The translations under genes and the position numbers were made by a program. Shown here piece after piece: positions 16,422-23,011 of a stretch of 64,000 nucleotides of DNA; the first letter of the stretch is position 1; each line of letters opens with the position of its first letter. This DNA is from a virus. The notes beneath the pieces were generated by a model. The model was not told where the DNA came from and did not search any database. It worked only from the letters and a program-made list of their open reading frames with translations. Location of the stretch: positions 1-64,000 of the IMG/VR virus record IMGVR_UViG_3300011268_001497; one strand, 5' to 3'.

Positions 16422-16641
16422 GGCCTCGTGTGTTGACCCTAACAATCACAATGTATTCACCAGGGGTAGGGGGTTGTCAAGTCTTAAGGGTGTTTTAATG
16501 ATTGGTCTGACTTATGAATTAAACTATTAACATTAACAACTAATTATCAATCGCGAGGTTTTTGGTTCTATGGTATTCGCCTTTTGAATAAAAGTATGTT
16601 CGATTTAACGACTGTTATAACTTTTGCGCTTTAGGGACTCT

Positions 16642-16884
16642 ATGATGGGGTCCCTTTTTATGTCTAAGCGTGAATTCAACACGCCACATCGCGAGGCGTG
16701 GAACGCCCCAATCCATCAAATACTGAAAGCCATTGATGAACACATGCGGCTTTATATGCAGTCGCATGATCCTTGGCACATAAGCAAGGCTGAGATGTTA
16801 CGTTTATATCTACATGAACTGAAGACTTTTATCCATCGCCAGGAGGGCAAAACTAATGGCATCCAAAGATACGATTTGGAATGA
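16642..16884 (+). CDS. hypothetical protein
   Basis: ORF 16624..16884 (TTG), ATG at 16642 preferred. Confidence 0.45.
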   Translation: MMGSLFMSKREFNTPHREAWNAPIHQILKAIDEHMRLYMQSHDPWHISKAEMLRLYLHELKTFIHRQEGKTNGIQRYDLE

Positions 16885-17194
16885 TGTAGAATCAACTCCA
16901 ACTAGGTTAAAGCTCAATATTTTTAAAGGTATTTATGATAGTTGTAAGACTAGAAATCCTGTAATCGATCTTTTTATTCTATCTTTGCTGGTCTGGCTTG
17001 AAGAAAGGTATATTGACTACAAGACAAAAGTCGCTATTGACATAGCAGAGATTGAGTATCACCATGAAATGGATAAGATTGAAAAGGATTGGAAAGAATC
17101 AGCTGTGATCACAGAATCAAAGTCGTCAACCTCGGAGTTACTTCCCGAAATGCGTATTCGCTCAGCTTGGACTGAAGACGATAAACTGGAATAG
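16856..17194 (+). CDS. hypothetical protein (112 aa) with one TM helix
   Basis: ORF track; PVIDLFILSLLVWL hydrophobic segment. Confidence 0.5.
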   Translation: MASKDTIWNDVESTPTRLKLNIFKGIYDSCKTRNPVIDLFILSLLVWLEERYIDYKTKVAIDIAEIEYHHEMDKIEKDWKESAVITESKSSTSELLPEMRIRSAWTEDDKLE

Positions 17195-17209
17195 TTTCAT
17201 TGACAAAAC

Positions 17210-17605
17210 GTGTCACACCGGAACGGATCTCTAACCTTTGGGCTTGTCCTCGGTGGTGGAGTTTTCCTTTTTGTACTCCTGTTTGGGCTTGGTCCTCTCT
17301 ATGGTGTCTACAGTAAGACTTTGTCAGGCAAGGCTCAACTTCAGGAGGCTGAGTTTACGCGCCAGGTAGCAGTCCTCGAAGCTCAGGCAAAGATGGATTC
17401 TGCCTCCAAGCTTGCTGAAGCTGAGGTGATTCGCGCCCAAGGCGTTGCAAAGGCTAACCAGATCATCGGTGAAAGCCTGAAGGACAATCCTGCCTACCTT
17501 CAATACCTTTGGATCACTGAAGGCGAAAAGGATTCTAATCGCACCGTCTACATGATCCCCAGCAACGGGGGCGCACCTGTTCCTACCTTCGACATCCAAA
17601 AGTAA
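17210..17605 (+). CDS. membrane-anchored SPFH/band-7-like protein (short form)
   Basis: 131 aa, GTG start; N-terminal TM FGLVLGGGVFLFVLLFGL; AEAEVIRAQGVAKANQIIGESLKDNPAYLQYLWI resembles the C-terminal part of prohibitin/HflC-type SPFH domains. Confidence 0.6.
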   Translation: MSHRNGSLTFGLVLGGGVFLFVLLFGLGPLYGVYSKTLSGKAQLQEAEFTRQVAVLEAQAKMDSASKLAEAEVIRAQGVAKANQIIGESLKDNPAYLQYLWITEGEKDSNRTVYMIPSNGGAPVPTFDIQK

Positions 17606-17610
17606 TTATC

Positions 17611-17820
17611 ATGACCGTATCAATCTCCAAAGAGCGTGTTGGCGACATCATTGAAGTTGAGATGACAGTCCGTATGCCGGAGTTCAAAGTCTCTCACTTC
17701 ACGCACGTCGGCCAGTCATTCGATGACTACCGCTATGAAATCATTAATCAAGCTGAGTCCAAGCTTCGCTCCTACATCGAAGCAGCTTCTAAGGCGTATG
17801 AGGGCTGTGAAGATGAATGA
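17611..17820 (+). CDS. hypothetical protein (69 aa)
   Basis: ORF track. Confidence 0.5.
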   Translation: MTVSISKERVGDIIEVEMTVRMPEFKVSHFTHVGQSFDDYRYEIINQAESKLRSYIEAASKAYEGCEDE

Positions 17821-17992
17821 AGATGTCAAATGGCTCAGGGATGAATACGCCATGAAAGCTTTTGAATTTTTTATTCAAAAGTATTTCGACCGGGACTTCG
17901 AAAAGTTCGCCGTTGACTGCGAGCTTGACATCCACGAACTCGTTGCGACCCTGAGCTATCTAATGGCTGACGCTATGATTAAACAACGCTAA
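17813..17992 (+). CDS. hypothetical protein (59 aa)
   Basis: ORF 17723..17992, ATG at 17813 overlaps previous stop (ATGAATGA). Confidence 0.5.
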   Translation: MNEDVKWLRDEYAMKAFEFFIQKYFDRDFEKFAVDCELDIHELVATLSYLMADAMIKQR

Positions 17993-17996
17993 CGTC

Positions 17997-18155
17997 ATGT
18001 CTATTCCATCTACCTATGTTGTCAGGCTCCACTCTAGGGACTCCAGTGAAACTGTTATCGTGTCAGCAGATACAGCTTACCTTGCTGGTGAAATAGCCCT
18101 GAAAAGATTCCCAACATATAAAATCACCTCAATCCTCAAAAAAAAGGAAAACTGA
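17997..18155 (+). CDS. possible small protein (52 aa), below ORF-track cutoff
   Basis: Hand translation MSIPSTYVVRLHSRDSSETVIVSADTAYLAGEIALKRFPTYKITSILKKKEN*; last ORF before the terminator. Confidence 0.35.
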   Translation: MSIPSTYVVRLHSRDSSETVIVSADTAYLAGEIALKRFPTYKITSILKKKEN

Positions 18156-18174
18156 GGTGTTCGAGATGGATCGA

Positions 18175-18196
18175 GGGAGCGAAAGCTCCCTTTTTT
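18175..18196 (+). terminator. rho-independent terminator ending the rightward 16.6-18.2 kb block
   Basis: GGGAGC-GAAA-GCTCCC followed by TTTTTT. Confidence 0.8.
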
Positions 18197-18259
18197 ATTG
18201 CCCAGAAGAGACTGATTACTCTTCAAGTATCTTGAAGAGGAGATTAGCCAGACTAGAGC

Positions 18260-18436
18260 TTATTTCGCCGGCGGCGCTAGTGGGTTCAGGGCCACTTCTA
18301 ATAAAAAGGCCGCAAGATTGGACATCGAGCGACCTTCAGTCATAGCGCGAGAGATGAGGCGATCATTCGTAACCGCAGCGATAGTTATAGTCAAGCGTTG
18401 AGGCTTGCGCTGCAGCTGAGCCAGTTGTACCGACAT
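18260..18436 (-). CDS. ribbon-helix-helix (CopG/Arc/MetJ-like) DNA-binding protein (58 aa)
   Basis: ORF 18260..18544, ATG at 18436 preferred (just after upstream gene end at 18450); KPQRLTITIAAVTNDRLISRAMTEGRSMSNLAAFLLEVAL fits the strand-helix-helix pattern. Confidence 0.6.
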   Translation of the reverse strand: MSVQLAQLQRKPQRLTITIAAVTNDRLISRAMTEGRSMSNLAAFLLEVALNPLAPPAK

Positions 18437-18449
18437 GCTGTGAGCAGAG

Positions 18450-18773
18450 CTAGGGGAAGGGGTTCTCATCATTAGTAATAGCAAGGGTATGAAATGGATT
18501 CCTTGATTCAAAGGCCGCTTCAATTCTATTCCCACAATGATCACAAGTCAAGTCTGTCTCATCCCAATTGATGTCCATTCCAATAACGCACCAGCCATCA
18601 TTGCCAGTGGTCGTACCAATCCAACTACGCTGACTTCCGCAGCATGCATGACACAGCGCTGCACCATCGTTTGTCCTCGCGTATAACGGATACCCGCCGG
18701 GCCATGCATAACGCTCTTTATGGACCTTGTCGGCGATTCTCAGGCTTTTTGATTGTGTTGTCATTTCAACCAA
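18450..18773 (-). CDS. hypothetical Cys-rich protein (107 aa)
   Basis: ORF track; CHACC...CDHC possible metal-binding cysteines. Confidence 0.5.
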   Translation of the reverse strand: MVEMTTQSKSLRIADKVHKERYAWPGGYPLYARTNDGAALCHACCGSQRSWIGTTTGNDGWCVIGMDINWDETDLTCDHCGNRIEAAFESRNPFHTLAITNDENPFP

Positions 18774-19065
18774 TGAGTTCTACATAAATAGGATGGGATT
18801 TTGCTTCCTCAAAAGTTAAGCCGTTCAAAGCTAAAGGCCATCCAAATCGTGTTATTTTATACATCGTACCGTTATTCCATTTCACAAAGGTCACTCGATC
18901 CAGCGGCCACGAGAACCCTGTTGGTACTGTAACGATCTCATCTGTCATTACAGCAGCACGATAGATATGCCCATAACGGGGATACCAATCCTCGCAGAAT
19001 GTTTCATGTGGATATGGATCATCCACAATGAATGAAGGCATGCTCGCAAAACGTGTCGTGGTCAC
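18766..19065 (-). CDS. hypothetical protein (99 aa)
   Basis: ORF track; 4- and 8-nt overlaps with neighbours. Confidence 0.5.
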   Translation of the reverse strand: MTTTRFASMPSFIVDDPYPHETFCEDWYPRYGHIYRAAVMTDEIVTVPTGFSWPLDRVTFVKWNNGTMYKITRFGWPLALNGLTFEEAKSHPIYVELIG

Positions 19066-19361
19066 TCCTCAACCCCTTCAAAGATGGCTTCGTTTTTGTT
19101 TCCGCAGATCCTTAACACCCTTCTGGCATCGAAGCTTCGCCAAGTAGTCTTCCCCTCCTCCTTGTTGCTGATCTCACGAATCCGAAAGATATTCGGATCG
19201 CTACAAGCAGTCCCAGTTCCCTTGATCTCATTGACATCCTTTGGGTTGAATGTCATATCACGAACGTCTCCGTTCTTCTTTACAAATTTAACAGAAACAA
19301 ACCGAGATCCAGATCGTTTGATGATGTCACGAACAATGTCACGACGTGGTGTTCCTTCCAT
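19062..19361 (-). CDS. hypothetical protein (99 aa)
   Basis: ORF track; operon packing. Confidence 0.5.
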   Translation of the reverse strand: MEGTPRRDIVRDIIKRSGSRFVSVKFVKKNGDVRDMTFNPKDVNEIKGTGTACSDPNIFRIREISNKEEGKTTWRSFDARRVLRICGNKNEAIFEGVEE

Positions 19362-19364
19362 GGT

Positions 19365-19592
19365 TCAGCTCCAGCAGTCAGCAATGAATTGGACAACCTG
19401 ATCAAGCGTGTCAAAGTCAGGACTAACCTGCAACTCAGTTGACCGCTCAATAACCTGATAAAAGGCCCCAGGCTGTCCTTCGAAACAGACTACGACCTCC
19501 TTGCCCTGCTTCCGCAGGCTCCAGTTGATCGACTCAAGTGTGGCTTGCATTGAAGGGGAATCCTCCCGTGTGACTCCCCTATCATACACCAC
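19365..19592 (-). CDS. hypothetical protein (75 aa)
   Basis: ORF track. Confidence 0.5.
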   Translation of the reverse strand: MVYDRGVTREDSPSMQATLESINWSLRKQGKEVVVCFEGQPGAFYQVIERSTELQVSPDFDTLDQVVQFIADCWS

Positions 19593-19630
19593 CTCAAGCC
19601 CCTGTCAAGTAGTTGGCTAGGTATAAATAC

Positions 19631-19906
19631 TCATTCTTCGACATCGTCGAACGTATTGATCAGCGCATGCTCCCCAATAACGGCTAATGCCGTCTTGTTC
19701 CATGCCTTCGCAGCCTCGATCTCGTCCACAAAGGCTCCGATATACCACCGCCTTCCCTGGAACGTCAAAGCAGCCCTGTAAGGCTTCTTCGGATCATTGT
19801 TCTTCGAAACACCCTTGTACTTGCTGAACTGAGGCTTGTTCCGTGGCCTGCTCGACAGCTTGATGTAGTGCTCCTTCTCGTCGACATTCCTGAAATAGTA
19901 GCCCAT
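19631..19906 (-). CDS. AP2-domain DNA-binding protein
   Basis: ORF 19631..19924 (GTG) or ATG at 19906; YKGVSKNNDPKKPYRAALTFQGRRWYIGAFVDEIEAAKAWNKTALAVIGEHALIN is an AP2/ERF-type domain. Confidence 0.7.
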   Translation of the reverse strand: MGYYFRNVDEKEHYIKLSSRPRNKPQFSKYKGVSKNNDPKKPYRAALTFQGRRWYIGAFVDEIEAAKAWNKTALAVIGEHALINTFDDVEE

Positions 19907-19992
19907 CTTTAAAACAAAAGACACGCAACTATAGACCCCGACCCCCTTAGCCTTAAAGATTTTATTTTTTCTTAATTATCCAGTAGCCCTTA

Positions 19993-20304
19993 TTAACCAT
20001 CACCTCTGAACCACCTCCTCTTATTCCCAAACCACTCCGCCAATGTCACAGGATCCTGTGGCCCTACCAGATGATCGCTCGGATCTGGCTCCCCTAAATC
20101 TAAAGCCTGACAAAACTCATCCATCTCACTTACCTCTTCCCCTTGGACAGCAGCTCTCCTCGCCTGTCTTAACATCTTGTCAACAGTTGGATTCCTATCC
20201 GCCCACTTCTGCACCCACGTCATATCACTGAACTCTACAGGAGCTCCTAATCGAATCCTCTCACAAATAAATTCAACTCTCTGGCGGGTTTGTGATGAAA
20301 GCAT
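19993..20304 (-). CDS. hypothetical protein (103 aa)
   Basis: ORF track; first gene downstream (leftward) of the long non-coding region. Confidence 0.5.
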   Translation of the reverse strand: MLSSQTRQRVEFICERIRLGAPVEFSDMTWVQKWADRNPTVDKMLRQARRAAVQGEEVSEMDEFCQALDLGEPDPSDHLVGPQDPVTLAEWFGNKRRWFRGDG

Positions 20305-20350
20305 TCCCGCTTTCCGGCTTGCATATTATTCCTTATCCACTTCTCAAACC

Positions 20351-20378
20351 TGTCTCATGAGACCCTCTTGATGAGACA
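20351..20378. promoter_or_regulatory. inverted repeat TGTCTCAT-N12-ATGAGACA upstream of the leftward gene 19993..20304
   Basis: Perfect 8-bp arms at 20351-20358 and 20371-20378, about 50-75 bp upstream of the ATG at 20304. Confidence 0.4.
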
Positions 20379-20474
20379 AAACCATCCCTTCACCCCTTTC
20401 TCAACTCTCTCAAAAGGGTATCTTTAAACTACCCCTAAGGGGTATCCTCAGACAACCCTTTTACCCCAAACGCT

Positions 20475-20538
20475 TTAATGTAATATTATTATCTAGAGTA
20501 TATATATTAATATATATATATTAACTAGATACTACTAG
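20475..20538. repeat. AT-rich palindromic block A
   Basis: TTAATGTAATATTATTATCTAGAGTATATATATTAATATATATATATTAACTAGATACTACTAG; (TA)n arms around a TTAA centre. Confidence 0.7.
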
Positions 20539-20595
20539 CTCTTATCAACTTGGTTAACAAGAACAACAGCCAATACTAAAAATCCTTCCTACCAT

Positions 20596-20614
20596 TGTCC
20601 TCCTTCGGAGGACA
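20596..20614. other. perfect 8-bp hairpin TGTCCTCC-TTC-GGAGGACA followed by TTTCCTTCCTTCCTTTCC
   Basis: Read directly at 20596-20632. Confidence 0.6.
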
Positions 20615-20884
20615 TTTCCTTCCTTCCTTTCCGCCAGCTAATTTTTTTTCTAAAAAAACCTTTTCTCTGTACCCTACACCCCATGGTTTTATCTGAAAGC
20701 CTCTGAGAGGTGTCTAGAAGCCCCTGGAAGACCCTTCTACTACCGCTTGGCTATCTTTCCCTATCCATACCCCCTAGAACCCTGTTACAGAGCCTTACAG
20801 ACCTAACCCCTCTCGCAACACCTAAAACCCTCCCTCAAATCCCTAAAACTGAAAATCATTCTCATCCCTCCAGTACTCATACGA

Positions 20885-20921
20885 CCCTCACCCCCTATAC
20901 CCCCTTAATCCCTTAAATCCC
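20885..20921 (-). other. G-quadruplex-type motif on the minus strand (five C3-5 tracts on +)
   Basis: CCC-TCA-CCCCC-TATA-CCCCC-TTAAT-CCC-TTAAAT-CCC; all loops 3-6 nt, satisfying G3+N1-7 x4 on the complementary strand. Confidence 0.6.
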
Positions 20922-21035
20922 TTCCAATATCTACATCCCCTAATCCAATTAACTACTTACTTACCCCCTTAACTACCCATTTTGATAAGGTTTAATCAGT
21001 TAATCTGATCATTCCTAGTACTACTAACCAGATAA

Positions 21036-21200
21036 GGTAATATGACCTAGTAACTAGTATATATATATTATAATATATATATTAATATATATAATCTAGT
21101 TATAGTATTTAAATACTCTGTATTTAAATACGATTAATCTAGTTATTCTAGTTAACTAATCTATCTAGTAATATTAATCTAGTTATTCCTAGTAATAACC
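21036..21200. repeat. AT-rich block B with iteron-like direct repeats and tandem palindromes
   Basis: TAATCTAGTTAT at 21092, 21135 and 21175 (17-mer ATTAATCTAGTTATTC shared by the last two; diverged copy TTAATCTGATCATTCCTAGTA near 21000); perfect palindrome GTATTTAAATAC at 21105-21116 and 21120-21131; (TA)n run 21056-21095. Confidence 0.75.
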
Positions 21201-21228
21201 CCCTCCCATAACCCTCTCATCCCCCTCT

Positions 21229-21441
21229 TTAACCCCATTTTTGAGGCCTTTCAGCCCCTCGCTGACGGTCAATCCAAAACAGAAAATGCCGCCGAACAGA
21301 CATCCGATTTCCCTTTTTCCCGTCGGCTGATTTTCCCTTTTTAAGATTTCTCAAAATGAGACGCGATGAGACGATGTCCAGGTCTTTGAGTACCTGTCTC
21401 AAACACAGGTACGCAGGAATTGGACCGACCCAGTCCCACAT
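21229..21441 (-). CDS. doubtful hypothetical protein (70 aa)
   Basis: ORF 21229..21558, ATG at 21441; upstream part of the track ORF runs through repeat element E1, so only the short form is plausible. Confidence 0.3.
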   Translation of the reverse strand: MWDWVGPIPAYLCLRQVLKDLDIVSSRLILRNLKKGKSADGKKGNRMSVRRHFLFWIDRQRGAERPQKWG

Positions 21442-21531
21442 CGCCTGACGGCGTGATCGCGAATAATAAGATATAATGATATCGTTATGCCAAGATCTAG
21501 ACCGACCCCGACCGAGTCCTCGCGACGGCGC

Positions 21532-21566
21532 GATCGTGAATGGCGCAAATGCGGCCATTCACGCTC
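21532..21566. repeat. cassette palindrome E1
   Basis: GATCGTGAATGGCGCAAATGCGGCCATTCACGCTC; CGTGAATGGC / GCCATTCACG 10-bp perfect arms. Confidence 0.8.
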
Positions 21567-21570
21567 ACCA

Positions 21571-21592
21571 AATAAAAAAGCCCCGAAGGGCT
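21571..21592 (-). terminator. rho-independent terminator (leftward)
   Basis: Minus strand reads AGCCC-TTCG-GGGCT followed by TTTTTTATTT; overlaps the stop of 21591..21779. Confidence 0.75.
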
Positions 21593-21779
21593 AAGAAGAT
21601 CTTATTCTCCAAGATTCGACCCAATAATGATCATCTGGGCATTCTCGATTCATTTCCTCTATGTGTTCTCTTGCTGCTGACATATTGTCGTAGATATCGC
21701 ATAGCCCCGTGTCGAAAGATTGAACAACGAACACCTCTTTACCGACGGGCCTGAGGACAATAATATCAGAGTTTGTCAT
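21591..21779 (-). CDS. hypothetical protein (62 aa)
   Basis: ORF 21591..21980, ATG at 21779 (14-nt overlap with upstream gene); MTNSDIIVLRPVGKEVFVVQSFDTG... Confidence 0.45.
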   Translation of the reverse strand: MTNSDIIVLRPVGKEVFVVQSFDTGLCDIYDNMSAAREHIEEMNRECPDDHYWVESWRIRSS

Positions 21780-22122
21780 AGCGCCAGCCCCAGCGTGGAA
21801 CGTAAGTGTAAAGATACTCGCAGCCCATGTTAAATGCGAATCGAGCCATTTCGCCGGCAGTAAGCCTACGGGGTTGGCAGTCAAGATCGCCTCTGTCGAT
21901 ATAGTATCTGGGGCCAACCTCCATAACGTTACCATTCCAATCAGTGGTGGCGCTAAGTGTAGACATGCTGCCAGGTGCAATCATCTTGCGGGCCTTCTTT
22001 GCCGTATCGTAACTGGTGGTAAGAATCGCCATTTGGTGCTCTGGATAGCCGTCATAATGACAGTAGACAATGTCATAAGTTGCATCCGGATTGCGTACAG
22101 CAATTGCAGAACGTGTTCCCAT
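21766..22122 (-). CDS. hypothetical protein (118 aa)
   Basis: ORF track; MGTRSAIAVRNPDATYDIVYCHYDGYPEHQ. Confidence 0.55.
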   Translation of the reverse strand: MGTRSAIAVRNPDATYDIVYCHYDGYPEHQMAILTTSYDTAKKARKMIAPGSMSTLSATTDWNGNVMEVGPRYYIDRGDLDCQPRRLTAGEMARFAFNMGCEYLYTYVPRWGWRYDKL

Positions 22123-22124
22123 GA

Positions 22125-22280
22125 TTAACCCTCGATAACTTGAATGTTTTCCTCGTCTAGCCAGTCGTCGAATTCTGGCAGATGAAGATAATCGTCGCCG
22201 TAGCCGATTGGTGAAGGATCGAAGTTGTCGGCGAATTCTTTGTATTCAGCCTTGGCCTGTTCGGCAGTCAACTGGCGCAT
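22125..22280 (-). CDS. possible small acidic protein (51 aa), below ORF-track cutoff
   Basis: Hand translation MRQLTAEQAKAEYKEFADNFDPSPIGYGDDYLHLPEFDDWLDEENIQVIEG*; fills the gap between 22284 and 22122 exactly. Confidence 0.4.
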   Translation of the reverse strand: MRQLTAEQAKAEYKEFADNFDPSPIGYGDDYLHLPEFDDWLDEENIQVIEG

Positions 22281-22283
22281 GAT

Positions 22284-22526
22284 TCAGTCTCCTTCGTTCC
22301 AGAACAGTTCGTATTCAGCGAAGCATCGAATGGCGTTATCGAGATCACCGTAGTGGTACTCCCTTTGAACGTAGAAGTTCTTCTCTACAGCTACCGGGTC
22401 GATGCAGACACCGTACTTTTCTTTCAGTCCGTCGGCGACATAATCGCAGAACTGAGCGAAGCTATCCCAAACGAGTTCCCAGTAGTCAGGGGATTCGAGG
22501 GAGCGGGGGTCGTGGAGGCAGGTCAT
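22284..22526 (-). CDS. hypothetical protein (80 aa)
   Basis: ORF 22284..22556, ATG at 22526 directly preceded by the conserved leader. Confidence 0.55.
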   Translation of the reverse strand: MTCLHDPRSLESPDYWELVWDSFAQFCDYVADGLKEKYGVCIDPVAVEKNFYVQREYHYGDLDNAIRCFAEYELFWNEGD

Positions 22527-22557
22527 GGGAGTGTTCCCTTGCGACTCCCTAATCATA
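22527..22557 (-). promoter_or_regulatory. conserved -10/leader cassette
   Basis: Minus strand: TATGAT-tagggaGTCGCAAGGGAacacTCCC-ATG. Confidence 0.6.
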
Positions 22558-22608
22558 ACGCATCAGCAGCCGGTCAGCCACTCAAGAGCAAATCTTTACA
22601 AAGCGCGT

Positions 22609-22649
22609 GAGCGTGAGTAAGGCCTCGCTTCGCGACGTTACTCACGATC
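22609..22649. repeat. cassette palindrome E2
   Basis: GAGCGTGAGTAAggcctCGCTTCGCGacgTTACTCACGATC; 9-bp arms CGTGAGTAA / TTACTCACG. Confidence 0.8.
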
Positions 22650-22675
22650 AAAATAAAAGGGGCGCTTGGCCCCTT
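22650..22675 (-). terminator. rho-independent terminator (leftward) after 22681..22866
   Basis: Hairpin AAGGGGC-GCTTG-GCCCCTT; minus strand followed by TTTTATTTT. Confidence 0.75.
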
Positions 22676-22680
22676 GTTTA

Positions 22681-22866
22681 TTATTTAATTTTGCAGATCC
22701 TATCTGATAGTTCCTCTAGCCTGTCGGGCTTAAAGTGCCACTTAAGATCTGATAATAGTTCCGGTTCGATAGGTTGATCCTGGACAATTTTCCAGAGAAT
22801 ATCTAAACCGTTGATAATCATTGTCCATTCATTCTTGTTAACAATGATGTGGCGACCTTCATTCAT
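22681..22866 (-). CDS. hypothetical protein (61 aa)
   Basis: ORF 22681..22905 (GTG); ATG at 22866 preceded by GGAG and overlapping the upstream small ORF (ATGAATGA). Confidence 0.5.
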   Translation of the reverse strand: MNEGRHIIVNKNEWTMIINGLDILWKIVQDQPIEPELLSDLKWHFKPDRLEELSDRICKIK

Positions 22867-23011
22867 CTTCAAGCTCCGTGTATTTGTAGGCCTGGATTGT
22901 TTCACCTAGCTTTATGTCTAGGTTTTGGTAGATAGCGTCCGGGATCCATTTTCGGGGATGGGCCGCATTATCATCAAGAGATAGGACGACCCTGATTTCA
23001 TACCGTTTCAT
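22859..23011 (-). CDS. possible small protein (50 aa), below ORF-track cutoff
   Basis: Hand translation MKRYEIRVVLSLDDNAAHPRKWIPDAIYQNLDIKLGETIQAYKYTELEDE*; ATGA overlap with the stop of 23008..23976. Confidence 0.4.
   Translation of the reverse strand: MKRYEIRVVLSLDDNAAHPRKWIPDAIYQNLDIKLGETIQAYKYTELEDE

Larger units (their letters stand above)
20390..21228. other. ~840-bp ORF-free region, + strand strongly G-depleted (C/T/A-rich), flanked and interrupted by AT-rich repeat blocks
   Basis: By-eye counts: 1 G in 20881-20940, 2 G in 20821-20880, 4 G in 20941-21000; no minus-strand ORF of 60 aa or more; the only + ORF (20710..20916) is low-complexity Pro/Thr/Leu. Confidence 0.8.

Noticed and set aside
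20710-20916. 68-aa + strand ORF in the G-depleted region
   Set aside because: The translation is Pro/Thr/Leu/Ser low complexity dictated by C/T-rich DNA. It has a GTG start, and TAG and TGA are rare here, so open frames are expected by chance.
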